Source of the DNA: a virus
Length of the DNA stretch: 64,000 bases
Direction: 5' to 3' (one strand)
IMG/VR virus record: IMGVR_UViG_3300021141_000001
Shown here in pieces: positions 8,845 through 18,887 of the stretch; the stretch's first letter is position 1; each line of letters opens with the position of its first letter. The position numbers and the translations under genes are program-made. The notes beneath the pieces were generated by a model, which saw nothing but the letters and a program-made list of their open reading frames with translations, had not been told where the DNA came from and ran no database searches.

Positions 8845-11795
8845 TATTTCTTAATTATTGACGTATTTTTAATGTCATTAGCATTAATAATATTTGTAAA
8901 TCCACCGTTGACTCTTATTGAATTTGATGGATTTTTTAATTTAAATCTTGAGAATACTTCTTGTCCTTTGTCATCTTTTAACTTCTCTTGTAAAGTAAAG
9001 AAAGACTGAAAGTTTATCTCATCTTCTTTTCCACCTAATACAGATTTTGTAGATGGATTGTTTTTAGAACCATCAAATGATTGTATAAACTTAATAGAGT
9101 GACTACCACTTAAAAGGAATTTACCTTCTTTGTTGATAAGAGAAACTACTTTCATTCTGAATCCTTTTATTATGAATTGTTTGTTATTATCTTCTACTAA
9201 GTCAGTTTTTATAGAATATTCTAGTTTATTCTTTTCCATTTTAATTGTATTTCCTGACTCTATAATATATTTCTTAAAGAATCCCATTGATCCACAGTAA
9301 CTAACATAAGCATATTCTGATTCTATTCCTTGTACATAGAAGTATATTTGTCTAGACTCACCATTTAACATAGTTTTAGCAGCAAAGAAGGTTCCTTCTA
9401 ATTCATCATTACTTTCAAATTTTAAAAGTTTATCAGTGAAGTCAAGATTTTTTTCTTTAGGCATACTGTCTGCTACTCCGTTTATTTCCTCAGCTTCTTT
9501 TTCTCCGCCCATTGTAAGTCCACCTTTTTCAAGTTTCTTTTTATCCGCGTCTGTAGGTCCAAAGTATTTTTCGATAAATTCAGCTTGTTTACCTTGAGTA
9601 GAATCACCACTTTTGCTTTTATATAAAGTATCACCATCAAGCATATCATTCATAAATCTTAAAAGATTTTTACCAGCTTCCTTTATATCATTTCCTTCGG
9701 ATGTTTTAAGAATAGTTTCTTCTCTAAATATCTTTTGATATTTTGTATCTTTAATTATATTCTGTACAGCATTTTCCCATTGATTAAATATCACGTTATT
9801 TCTATATGGTCCACCACTAGCACCTGCGCTATCGGGAGAACCACCACCAAATGATGTGTATTCCATAAATGTTTTGTTAGAAACTTTACCACCACTTCTT
9901 CCAGTTGAAATAACTTGAGTTGTGTGTAGCTTATAAGCGCGGTTAAATACTTTTATTATTTCAATAATTGGATCAAGTCCAGTTATTGTAACAGCATCTC
10001 TCTTTTCAGCTTTTTCAATAGAAATTCTGATTTTTTCAGATTGTGATCTAGTTAGTACAAACTCTTTAATATCAACTTTTTTATCCCACCAATCTTTAAT
10101 CTTTTGAGATGTTGTCATATTAACTGGATCCGAAACTTCACCTTGAGTCTCTTCAGCTTCTTTTATATATGATAAAAATTTGTTATATCTGTTAATAATA
10201 GACTCTTTTGTTAATTCAGATTCTTTTTTAGAATATTCTTTACCATCACTTGTTGTGAAGAAGTAAGAACCATCTTTTACTTTTTCAATCTTTTTAGATA
10301 TTTCTTTACCTTCTTTATTTTTCCATTTAACAACATCACCAACTTTGAATTTAGTTTCAGTTGTTGGTACTTCTGCCTTTTGTTCTGATGGTTTTACAGT
10401 CATTATTGACTTGATACCTTCTACAAATGTTTGTAAACCTTTACCTGTTTCTCCTAAACCACCGTATAATCCTTCTTTGTCAAATTGTAAAGCAGTTTTA
10501 GCAAATCTTGCTATTTTCTCAGCTACAACAATTTTTTTGTTTTTATCTGAGATTATTTCCATACTTTCTTTATATAAAGGAGTAGTAGAAGCATTTAATG
10601 TTTCTTTTTTATCACCAACTAAATATCTGTTGATTTCTGTAAAAAGAGATTTAATAACTTCTTTGTTTTTAGAATCCAGTGATTTTGATGTTATATCATT
10701 TAAGAATTTAACATCTACACCAATACCTTTATCTTTTGGGGATTCTAATACTTCAATAGTCTTTTTTAATTTAGTAAAAGCCTGAGTTAAATGATCTTCT
10801 CCACCTTTTACATTTGCTCTATCTGGGCTAGCACCATCACCTAAGGCTTCGGCTAGAATATAACTCTCCATTACAAGAACTAACCCAGCAGGCATTGTTT
10901 GATTATCTTTTGGATATTTTGCCAAAATTTGAGTGTTTTTAGTTCTAATATCAGTTAATGCTAATTTTTTTGGATTAGCTTTTGTATTTTTTTGTATTTT
11001 TTCAACAGTATCTCCAGCTACAGTGGTATATGTGAATTTGGTTGTAGATGTAGTTGTATCTTTTTTAACATCCATTAATTTAACTTCTTTGTAATGTGTT
11101 AATATATAAGATAGTGATTTAAGTGTTTTGATCATAGTAGGGTAAATAGCTTCTGATGATTTAGAACCTTCTGTATCTTCAGCGCCTTCACCTTCTTTAC
11201 CTTCTGTATCTTCACTTTCTAACTCATCAGTATCTTCTTCAGCACCACTTTCAGCACCGCCTTCATCATCTTTGAATTGATCCAAAAACTTTCTAAACTC
11301 CTTTAACTGATTTATTAAATTAAGAAGATTATCTTTATCCATTGATAATTCTTCAGCTGGTGTATTCTCAACTACATCTTCTATGTTTTTAATAGCCTCA
11401 TCTGTAAGTCTTTTTATTTCACCTACATTATCTTCTTTCTCTATAGAATTTTTAAGATTTTCTAAAAATGAGAATATAAGAACTTTGTTAAATTCTGCCT
11501 TTTCTTCTTTTGATAAACCTGATACTGCTGACTTTCCTAATAAGTCATCAAAAGCATCTTTTAATCTTCTGTTAACAGCTTTTATTCTAACTAAGTTAGC
11601 ACCTATCTTAGCTTTTCTAATAGTAGAGTTTATTAGTCTACCAAGTAATGAGTCATTCCAAGGAATATCATTGGCAAATGGTCCACTATCACCCTCGTTT
11701 ATAATTTCTAAATCTTTATTTTCTAAAGACTTATATTCATCTATTTTGTTTATGCTTCTTTTAAGGAACTCATCTCTATTACTAAGATACTTCAT
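8844..11795 (-). CDS. Large putative internal virion protein with LysM-like and SH3/KOW-like modules
   Basis: YTTVAGDTVEKI...PAGLVLVM (LysM-like); FKVGDVVKWK (SH3/KOW-like); late promoter. Confidence 0.55.
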   Translation of the reverse strand: MKYLSNRDEFLKRSINKIDEYKSLENKDLEIINEGDSGPFANDIPWNDSLLGRLINSTIRKAKIGANLVRIKAVNRRLKDAFDDLLGKSAVSGLSKEEKAEFNKVLIFSFLENLKNSIEKEDNVGEIKRLTDEAIKNIEDVVENTPAEELSMDKDNLLNLINQLKEFRKFLDQFKDDEGGAESGAEEDTDELESEDTEGKEGEGAEDTEGSKSSEAIYPTMIKTLKSLSYILTHYKEVKLMDVKKDTTTSTTKFTYTTVAGDTVEKIQKNTKANPKKLALTDIRTKNTQILAKYPKDNQTMPAGLVLVMESYILAEALGDGASPDRANVKGGEDHLTQAFTKLKKTIEVLESPKDKGIGVDVKFLNDITSKSLDSKNKEVIKSLFTEINRYLVGDKKETLNASTTPLYKESMEIISDKNKKIVVAEKIARFAKTALQFDKEGLYGGLGETGKGLQTFVEGIKSIMTVKPSEQKAEVPTTETKFKVGDVVKWKNKEGKEISKKIEKVKDGSYFFTTSDGKEYSKKESELTKESIINRYNKFLSYIKEAEETQGEVSDPVNMTTSQKIKDWWDKKVDIKEFVLTRSQSEKIRISIEKAEKRDAVTITGLDPIIEIIKVFNRAYKLHTTQVISTGRSGGKVSNKTFMEYTSFGGGSPDSAGASGGPYRNNVIFNQWENAVQNIIKDTKYQKIFREETILKTSEGNDIKEAGKNLLRFMNDMLDGDTLYKSKSGDSTQGKQAEFIEKYFGPTDADKKKLEKGGLTMGGEKEAEEINGVADSMPKEKNLDFTDKLLKFESNDELEGTFFAAKTMLNGESRQIYFYVQGIESEYAYVSYCGSMGFFKKYIIESGNTIKMEKNKLEYSIKTDLVEDNNKQFIIKGFRMKVVSLINKEGKFLLSGSHSIKFIQSFDGSKNNPSTKSVLGGKEDEINFQSFFTLQEKLKDDKGQEVFSRFKLKNPSNSIRVNGGFTNIINANDIKNTSIIKK

Positions 11796-11929
11796 AAATT
11801 AATGTAATTTTTTCAACATATATATTAAAAAACTTTTATTGAAAATTAGTTAAAATGAATAATTATGCTTATCTTTGTTTAAGATAAGTGATTAAAACAA
11901 ATGATGAAGCAAAAAAATAATAAATAAAA

Positions 11930-11960
11930 TTTGTAAATTCACTAATTATCCTTATATTTG
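11930..11960 (+). promoter_or_regulatory. Bacteroidetes-type host RNAP promoter (early)
   Basis: TTTG (11930) - 19 nt - TATATTTG (11953). Confidence 0.75.
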
Positions 11961-11991
11961 TATAACAAAATAACCACTAAAAGAAAATAAT

Positions 11992-12459
11992 ATGAAATTC
12001 GACATCAACAAAGTAATCTGTATCAGCTTAAAGTCTCACAACGATCAACAATTGAAAGCTATCTCTGAAGTTTACAAGTTAGACTTTAATGCTTTAGTTA
12101 CTGTAAAAGGCACATCACCTAAAATATGGGTTGAGGCTGGTGGTGACTATGTTATTGCTTTTGTTAATAGTGTAGGTGATACAACTGTAAACTCTATTTT
12201 TTGTCCAATCACAAAGAGAGAAAAAGATGCTTTGTTAAAAATCACTCCTATCAAAACTCCAAAAATGCCAAAAGCTACTAAAGCTGTTGATACTAAAGTT
12301 GATAACACTGTAGAAGTTTCTAATGTTTTCATCGAAGATTTAATCGCTGAATTCGATGTAGTTTTAGATGTAGACACTATCTTAGAAAAAATCAGTGCTA
12401 CTGGTATGAAGTCTTTGACTAAAGCAGAATTAGACTTTTTGAATAGCCTTAGTAAATAA
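11992..12459 (+). CDS. Early hypothetical protein with C-terminal DUF6576-like helix
   Basis: VDTILEKISATGMKSLTKAELDFL. Confidence 0.55.
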   Translation: MKFDINKVICISLKSHNDQQLKAISEVYKLDFNALVTVKGTSPKIWVEAGGDYVIAFVNSVGDTTVNSIFCPITKREKDALLKITPIKTPKMPKATKAVDTKVDNTVEVSNVFIEDLIAEFDVVLDVDTILEKISATGMKSLTKAELDFLNSLSK

Positions 12460-12485
12460 AAAAAATCATTTTTTTCCATATTCTT

Positions 12486-12514
12486 AAAAAACCGGGCATA
12501 TGTCCGGTTTTTTT
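12486..12514 (+). terminator. Intrinsic terminator
   Basis: AAAAAACCGGGCAT-ATGTCCGGTTTTTT. Confidence 0.7.
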
Positions 12515-12626
12515 ATTTTAAAATATATTTTTTTTTACCCACCTTTGAAATTTTAATAAAATCCACGATTGTCGATTTGATAATAAAAAATTAGAATATA
12601 TAAGACATACAAATTCATATTTTATT

Positions 12627-12920
12627 ATGAGATATTCAGAACTAAATTATCGTGGTAAGACTTACACAAGTGCTAATGAAATCAACGATATTCTCGTTAA
12701 AGAGAAATTCTACTGGCTTATTGACTCAGAGATTGAGAACGCTCAGTTAGAAATAAAAAACAACACACTTATATGGAAAAATGGCAGTTTCTACACAGGA
12801 GATTGGTACTATGGTATTTTTAAAGATGGTAGCTTCTATGGAAACTGGGAAAATGGTATATGGGAAAACGGCAATTTCGGTGGTAAATGGCGCAGTGGTA
12901 TTAATCTTACACAGATATAA
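12627..12920 (+). CDS. Hypothetical protein with W/F-x-x-G pentapeptide repeats
   Basis: WKNGSFYTGDWYYGIFKDGSFYGNWENGIWENGNFGGKW. Confidence 0.6.
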   Translation: MRYSELNYRGKTYTSANEINDILVKEKFYWLIDSEIENAQLEIKNNTLIWKNGSFYTGDWYYGIFKDGSFYGNWENGIWENGNFGGKWRSGINLTQI

Positions 12921-12929
12921 AAAATTAAC

Positions 12930-13400
12930 ATGATTACTATGAAGAGAAAAAGAATTACTCTTGAAAAACAACAAGAGAAGGAAATTTTGAATCAAAGAGA
13001 GTTAAGGGTTACTAAAGAAGGAAATGATTACTTCTTTGAAATCGGACCAGAAATGACATCAGACGTAGCTGAAGCAGTTTCAATTCTAATGAGAAAAATT
13101 GACTGGAACGACCCTATTTGGAACACGACAATTGATAAAAAAATGATATATGAAAACATAACCCCAGAAAAATCACTATACTGGTTATCTGGTGGATATA
13201 AAGAATGGAACACATTAGACCATTATAATAGACCTTGGTGTGATTGTTACTTAGAGTTTCAAGAAGAGTTTGGTTTTCTTATAGTAAATTTAGTTAAAAA
13301 ATCAAAAACATTATTAGACGTAAGAAACGCATTTATGAAATACCTAAATCTACCAACACTATATAATTTCGCAATAAGTAAAAATATGGTAAGAGTATAA
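12930..13400 (+). CDS. Hypothetical protein
   Basis: 156-aa ORF in the same operon. Confidence 0.65.
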   Translation: MITMKRKRITLEKQQEKEILNQRELRVTKEGNDYFFEIGPEMTSDVAEAVSILMRKIDWNDPIWNTTIDKKMIYENITPEKSLYWLSGGYKEWNTLDHYNRPWCDCYLEFQEEFGFLIVNLVKKSKTLLDVRNAFMKYLNLPTLYNFAISKNMVRV

Positions 13401-13469
13401 AAAATAGAAAAATATATATTTAAGAAATCCTGTCAGAAATGATGGGATTTTTTATTTAATATATACTTT

Positions 13470-13751
13470 ATGGAACAAATGAAAACAGTTTGTAGAAATC
13501 CTTGGTGTAAAGGACATTTCTATTATACAGAGTCAGATATGGTAGAAGTAAAAAGTGATATCAGAACATCTAAAATAAATGATGTTTTAAGTGAAGTTCA
13601 AAAAACTCCACCAAGTCAATGTCCAAAGTGTAGAAGCTTTGATAGTGAACTAAGTGGTGGTGTTGAGTGGAAAGATAAAGAATATGAAGGTAGTAGATTT
13701 GATGGCATGCCTCATCAACTTAAATATAAAGTAACAAATTATAAATTATAA
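13470..13751 (+). CDS. Zinc-ribbon protein
   Basis: CRNPWC...CPKC; internal IRTSKINDVL motif. Confidence 0.65.
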   Translation: MEQMKTVCRNPWCKGHFYYTESDMVEVKSDIRTSKINDVLSEVQKTPPSQCPKCRSFDSELSGGVEWKDKEYEGSRFDGMPHQLKYKVTNYKL

Positions 13752-14596
13752 TGAAAGCACACTTTTTTGACTTAGATACAATATTGACAACTGATAATAA
13801 AGTTTGGTTAGTGGATAAGACTATTCCAAATATACCTATTATGAAAATATCACAAAGTGATTTTAATTTAATTAAAAAAGGTATTTATAAAAGCCAAGGA
13901 AACTCTATAAATTTTAGTGGACACACTTATTGGTTACCAACAGATTTATTTGAGAAGATAAAAATTAAAGCTAAAAATCACAGAGCCGATATTTCTAATT
14001 TAGCTTTTTCTTTACAAGAGTTTATGAATAAAGAATTAATTGAAAATTTAGATTATGATATTAATTTAGAAAATATTTTACATTTGAAAAATACAGATGA
14101 TGATATTTATGTAATATGCTCAAAGAATACTAAGAGAAACTATGAGTTAATGATATCTAAAATAGAAGATAAATTAAAAGAAAATGGTCTAATTATTAAA
14201 AAGTTCTATTTTATATCAGAAACATTCTATAATAAAGTATCTGATGATATTTCTCATAAGAAAGTTAGATTATTATTACAACATATAGTTGGTCTTAAAA
14301 CTGAAGGTGATAAGTTTACTGAAGAAAAGTTAGGTCAATATGATGAATTATTCTTCTATGATGATGAAGAAAATGTTATTAAACTAGCAAAAGAATCTAA
14401 TAAACTTTTAACTGTTTTGTTATCAAACACTGATAATAAATTAAAAGAAATTATTAAAGAAGATTTGAAATCTAAAAAATACACATTATATGTTAATTTA
14501 ATAACTGGTAATAAAGTAAATAGATTTGTAACTACAAAAGTAGATATTCAATTTAGTAATTTAATAACAGTGTTTGAAAGTTTTAAATGGAGATAA
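13751..14596 (+). CDS. HAD-like protein (divergent)
   Basis: FFDLDT at the N-terminus and FFYDDE. Confidence 0.5.
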   Translation: MKAHFFDLDTILTTDNKVWLVDKTIPNIPIMKISQSDFNLIKKGIYKSQGNSINFSGHTYWLPTDLFEKIKIKAKNHRADISNLAFSLQEFMNKELIENLDYDINLENILHLKNTDDDIYVICSKNTKRNYELMISKIEDKLKENGLIIKKFYFISETFYNKVSDDISHKKVRLLLQHIVGLKTEGDKFTEEKLGQYDELFFYDDEENVIKLAKESNKLLTVLLSNTDNKLKEIIKEDLKSKKYTLYVNLITGNKVNRFVTTKVDIQFSNLITVFESFKWR

Positions 14597-15235
14597 TTAT
14601 TTATCTTTCTCTTTACTAATCATAGCATTCTTAATTAAATCATTAAGCTTTCTATTATCCATTATTTCTCCACCACCTATTGACTCACCAGCCGATTCTT
14701 CAGCCGCTATATTTTGAGCTTTAATAACTTCTGGATTCTCAATTTCATTAAGACCTAAATCTTTTCTTAGTCCTTTATAAAATTTCTCAAGTTCAGTTCT
14801 TTGTGTGGATGAGAATTTAGAGTTTTCTCTAATTTGACCAATTGTTTGATTGACAACTTCATGCATTCTAGCAGAATTATCTCCATTATCAACTTGTCTT
14901 AACTGTGATAAGAAGTTCTTTCTAGTCATTTTTGATAAGAAGATTGTTTCAGCATAAACTTTAGCATCTTCTCTCATTTTATTTCTTATATAAGGATGTT
15001 CTTTTAATTGAGGTACATCACTTAAATATAAATCAATAAGTGATTCTAATACTTCCATAGACTGTTGGCTAGCAACTGTCATGTCTGAATCATAATCATA
15101 TATTTCTATTTCACCTAAATCTGGTAAATCCTCAGGTCTAGCAAGGTGTTTACTTATATCAAATTCGCCACTTTCCGATTGGATTTCATCGAATTCATCT
15201 TTGATTCTATTTCTTTCGTTCTCTGTTTTTGACAT
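14597..15235 (-). CDS. Hypothetical helical protein, candidate terminase small subunit
   Basis: Divergent from TerL and shares a palindromic late promoter with it; size fits. Confidence 0.4.
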   Translation of the reverse strand: MSKTENERNRIKDEFDEIQSESGEFDISKHLARPEDLPDLGEIEIYDYDSDMTVASQQSMEVLESLIDLYLSDVPQLKEHPYIRNKMREDAKVYAETIFLSKMTRKNFLSQLRQVDNGDNSARMHEVVNQTIGQIRENSKFSSTQRTELEKFYKGLRKDLGLNEIENPEVIKAQNIAAEESAGESIGGGEIMDNRKLNDLIKNAMISKEKDK

Positions 15236-15252
15236 AGAAGGCGGTTTTTTAC

Positions 15253-15262
15253 AATATATATT
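15253..15262. promoter_or_regulatory. Palindromic late promoter AATATATATT
   Basis: Perfect palindrome in the 49-bp gap between divergent genes. Confidence 0.65.
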
Positions 15263-15284
15263 AAAAAATATCTTTTCCTAAAAT

Positions 15285-17432
15285 ATGGCATTTGCTCCAC
15301 AACAAGAAAGACAAATGGTTTTTACAACCAAACTAGTAGAAGAGGCAACTGATAAGATTAATGATGGTATAGTCGTTAAACGATATCAAAATCCTTGGTT
15401 AAAGAGTGAAGTAGGCTTGAGAAGAGCCGGTGTTTCATTTAGGATGACTGCTGATGAACAACAAGAGTATGTTAGATGTGCCTTAGATGTTCATTATTTT
15501 GTGGAAAAATATTGTAAAGTAAAACGAGAAGATGGTTCTATTGGCTCTATTAAGTTAAGAGATTACCAAAAAGAGATGCTTGATAGTTTTGTTAATAATA
15601 GATTTAGTATCTTAATGGCATCTCGTCAGGTTGGTAAAACAATCTCATCTTCTATTTTCATGTTACACAAGATATTATTTGATAATGATAAGAATATAAT
15701 GATTGTTGCTAACAAAGGCGATACGGCTGTTGAGATTGTTGATAAAATCAAATCTATTTACTCTTTACTACCATTTTTCTTAAAACCAGGTATTAAAACT
15801 TGGAATCAGAAGTCGTTAACATTTGAGAATGGTTGTAGAATTAAAACATCAGCTAGAACAAAGACTCCAGCAATCGGTTTTACTATTGACGTACTTTACT
15901 TAGATGAGTTTGCTCACATTCCTTCAAATATTATTGAACCATACTATACTGCTGCTTTTCCGACAACTGCTGCTGTTCAAAATTCAAAGATTATCATCAC
16001 TTCTACTCCAAATGGTATGAACCTATTCCATAGGTTATTAACAGATGCTGAAAGACCTGAGGGCGATCCAATGAAGAATAACTATAAACCAATGAGAGTT
16101 TATTGGTATCAGGTGCCGGGTCGTTTTGTTACTTACATTAGACTAAATCCGCATAAAATTTATGAATATGGTGTAACTAAAGAAGAGATATTTGATTTAG
16201 TTAATCAGAAGTGGGGTAGTCAGACAAAAGTCTTTATGGAATATAATATGGACTTACTCAAAGATGTGATTAATATCTTTAATGATGATAAATGTACAGA
16301 TGAAGATGTTAAGAAATTAACATTTATTGATAAGAATGGTTTTGAAGTTCCTATTATGGCTATTGCTGAGGTTACAACTTGGAAAGAAGAAGCTATAAAA
16401 GATATTGGTGGTGAGGATGCCTTCAACCAAGAGTATGGTTTAAGATTTATTAATGCTTCTAAATCATTATTGAATGAGGCAATTATTGATGAGTTATTGA
16501 AAAATAAAAAACATTATGTACATGAGCCTATATTCGAGTTTGATAAAAAACTAAAATTTAGTTATACTGATTTAAAATGGGTTGAGGATGATAATGTTTT
16601 TATACCATTAATGAGGAAAGATTATAAGATTGTAATATCTGTCGATATATCAGAGGGACTTGGACAAGATTATTCTATTATAAACATATTTAGAGTTTCT
16701 GAGAAACCAAAAGATTTAACAGAATTACAAAAACCATCATATAAATCAATAGTTGATTTCTTTAGATTAGAGCAAATAGGTATTTATAGAAACAATTATA
16801 TTTCTGTTAAGCAGTTAGCCGAATTACTTTATATGATTGTATTTGAATACTTAAATCCTGATAACTGTAAAGTAGTTGTCGAGTTGAATAACTATGGTAA
16901 TACTTTATTTGCTGAGCTGCCTCACGTTTTTGATGGTAATAATAATTATGGCTCTTCTGTATTTGTTAGATATAAACATAGAGCCGATGCTACTGAAGAA
17001 AAGGTGGGGTTAAAGGTAGGAGAAAATAAAAATCTCATGGTTAAAGATTATCAGGATCTCATGCAAACTAAAGGATTCGTTATTACTAATGAAGATAATA
17101 TTAGAGAAATCACAACATTTGTTAAACATACTACATCAGCCGGTAACACAAGATATGCGGCAGACGTTGGTCATGATGATACTGTTATGACTATCGTAAA
17201 TGCTACAACTGTTTTTAGTAGACACGATTTTTCTGAAATGATTGAAGAGTGGTCTAGTAAGTTTGTTGATAAAGAGTATATGAACTATGTTAGAGAGACA
17301 CTAAAAGGAATAGATTATGTTGAGGGTGTTGATTATGGTCAAGTTTTGAAAATAAGAAGACAACAAATGAATAGGTATAAAGCTAATAATAATGGCTTTG
17401 GTGGGAATGGAACTAACTGGTTTGGTAAATAA
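15285..17432 (+). CDS. gp17: Terminase large subunit (gp17-like)
   Basis: LRDYQ, SRQVGKT (Walker A), LYLDEFAH (Walker B), TSTPNG, nuclease motifs VDISEG and GHDD. Confidence 0.95.
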   Translation: MAFAPQQERQMVFTTKLVEEATDKINDGIVVKRYQNPWLKSEVGLRRAGVSFRMTADEQQEYVRCALDVHYFVEKYCKVKREDGSIGSIKLRDYQKEMLDSFVNNRFSILMASRQVGKTISSSIFMLHKILFDNDKNIMIVANKGDTAVEIVDKIKSIYSLLPFFLKPGIKTWNQKSLTFENGCRIKTSARTKTPAIGFTIDVLYLDEFAHIPSNIIEPYYTAAFPTTAAVQNSKIIITSTPNGMNLFHRLLTDAERPEGDPMKNNYKPMRVYWYQVPGRFVTYIRLNPHKIYEYGVTKEEIFDLVNQKWGSQTKVFMEYNMDLLKDVINIFNDDKCTDEDVKKLTFIDKNGFEVPIMAIAEVTTWKEEAIKDIGGEDAFNQEYGLRFINASKSLLNEAIIDELLKNKKHYVHEPIFEFDKKLKFSYTDLKWVEDDNVFIPLMRKDYKIVISVDISEGLGQDYSIINIFRVSEKPKDLTELQKPSYKSIVDFFRLEQIGIYRNNYISVKQLAELLYMIVFEYLNPDNCKVVVELNNYGNTLFAELPHVFDGNNNYGSSVFVRYKHRADATEEKVGLKVGENKNLMVKDYQDLMQTKGFVITNEDNIREITTFVKHTTSAGNTRYAADVGHDDTVMTIVNATTVFSRHDFSEMIEEWSSKFVDKEYMNYVRETLKGIDYVEGVDYGQVLKIRRQQMNRYKANNNGFGGNGTNWFGK

Positions 17433-17456
17433 AAAAAGACATACTAAAAGTATGTC

Positions 17457-17549
17457 TTAGAATTTTCCAAAGATTTGTCTATTCTGAACTTCATCAACAT
17501 ATTTTTGTATTTCTGCTAGATAGTTCCAAATATTTTTAAGGTATTTCAT
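17457..17549 (-). CDS. Unannotated 30-aa peptide MKYLKNIWNYLAEIQKYVDEVQNRQIFGKF
   Basis: ATG overlaps the clpS stop codon (TAATG); followed by a terminator. Confidence 0.55.
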   Translation of the reverse strand: MKYLKNIWNYLAEIQKYVDEVQNRQIFGKF

Positions 17550-17833
17550 TAGTTGTTTGCCTCCATCGTAGCACTTAGTCCAGCACTTCTGAGTTTATCT
17601 TTCATAGTTGCTATTGTTTCAATATCTCCGTATTTAACATCACACTTTCCATTGTAGTGAACAATATGAGCGCATTGAGTAGCTTGTTCGGTTTCATGCT
17701 TACATATCTTCATAAGACAAGTAATAACCCACTCAAATGTATTGTGATCATCATTGTGTAAAACCAGTTTGTATGGTTTAGATAAAATTTCTTCTACTTT
17801 AGAAGATGTTTTCTTTTTTGTAATTGTTGCCAT
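17549..17833 (-). CDS. clpS: ATP-dependent Clp protease adaptor ClpS
   Basis: YKLVLHNDDHNTFEWVI...AHIVHYNGKCDV. Confidence 0.9.
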   Translation of the reverse strand: MATITKKKTSSKVEEILSKPYKLVLHNDDHNTFEWVITCLMKICKHETEQATQCAHIVHYNGKCDVKYGDIETIATMKDKLRSAGLSATMEANN

Positions 17834-17855
17834 AAATTGAATATTATATATTATT

Positions 17856-18374
17856 TTAGAAAATAGTTTCTTTTTTGTTTACAACATCAACTACTGTAAC
17901 TTGAACGTGATGTTCTTCCGCCCATTCTTCAAATTTAACTAAGTGTTCTTGTCTATCATCATACATAACAAATTCATGAACGCCAAGTTCTTCAATTTTT
18001 TCTTCAAATAATTTAGTTTTGAAGTGGTATGTATCACCGCCCCAGTTTAAATGAATTTCATCAAATGATAGGTTATGTTGATTTAAAATAGTTTGAATAT
18101 GACTAGACATACCTTCTTTCTTTTTAAGACGACCAGTTGCTAATATAACATAGTTTTCTGGATCAGATACGGCTTCTAAATATTTTTTATAAACCCATTG
18201 ATTCAATGGAATGTTAAATATTTCAGGATCAATACTTTCTGGACGACCCCACCAACCACTATATGGCCAATCTGTTCCTGTTTTTTCCTTCCAGATTTTT
18301 TCGCCTTCTTCAGGTTTTGGTGTATGGAATAAAGTGTCATCAAAATCGAAAGATATTAGTCTTTTATACGTCAT
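17856..18374 (-). CDS. HAD phosphatase (PNKP/RNA-repair-like)
   Basis: FDFDDTLF, LATGR, K, MYDDR (HAD motifs I-IV). Confidence 0.75.
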   Translation of the reverse strand: MTYKRLISFDFDDTLFHTPKPEEGEKIWKEKTGTDWPYSGWWGRPESIDPEIFNIPLNQWVYKKYLEAVSDPENYVILATGRLKKKEGMSSHIQTILNQHNLSFDEIHLNWGGDTYHFKTKLFEEKIEELGVHEFVMYDDRQEHLVKFEEWAEEHHVQVTVVDVVNKKETIF

Positions 18375-18469
18375 AGTTTTTTAAATATTTACAAATATAT
18401 ATAAAATTTCTCAAAAATAAAAGGTCGGTTTGGTAAAATAATATATAATTCCAAAAATAATAAGTTTTT

Positions 18470-18886
18470 ATGAAATTGGATATTAAATCAATTTTGATAT
18501 TAATCTTACTTGGACTGACACTTTTATTTGGTTTTAAGTGGTTCTTCTCAGGTGATAAAGCATCAAAAGAAAGAGTTAAACAACTAGAGCAACAATTCAA
18601 AGAATTAGAAGCTCAAAAGAAAGCTGTTGATTTAGAAATCACCACTTGGAGAGCAAAATCTGATAGTCTTAGACAATTAGACATTAAATTACAAGCTGAA
18701 ATAACTAAACAAGAGGCTTTAACTAGAAAGGCAGAAGCTGAGGCTAACAAGTCTAAAGCTAACTTGAATAAGTTGAGAAGTGATTTAGCTGAAACTCAAC
18801 ATAAGATTGAAGAGATTAAGAATCATCCTCCTAATAGAACAGGAGATGCTCTTTTAGAATCATTAAAAAATAAAACAAAACATTAA
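18470..18886 (+). CDS. Membrane-anchored coiled-coil protein (spanin-like candidate)
   Basis: N-terminal TM segment followed by a long coiled coil. Confidence 0.5.
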   Translation: MKLDIKSILILILLGLTLLFGFKWFFSGDKASKERVKQLEQQFKELEAQKKAVDLEITTWRAKSDSLRQLDIKLQAEITKQEALTRKAEAEANKSKANLNKLRSDLAETQHKIEEIKNHPPNRTGDALLESLKNKTKH

Positions 18887-18887
18887 T

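Noticed and set aside
16125-16379. Intein in TerL
   Set aside because: It lacks the N-terminal Cys/Ser and the C-terminal His-Asn, and is too short.
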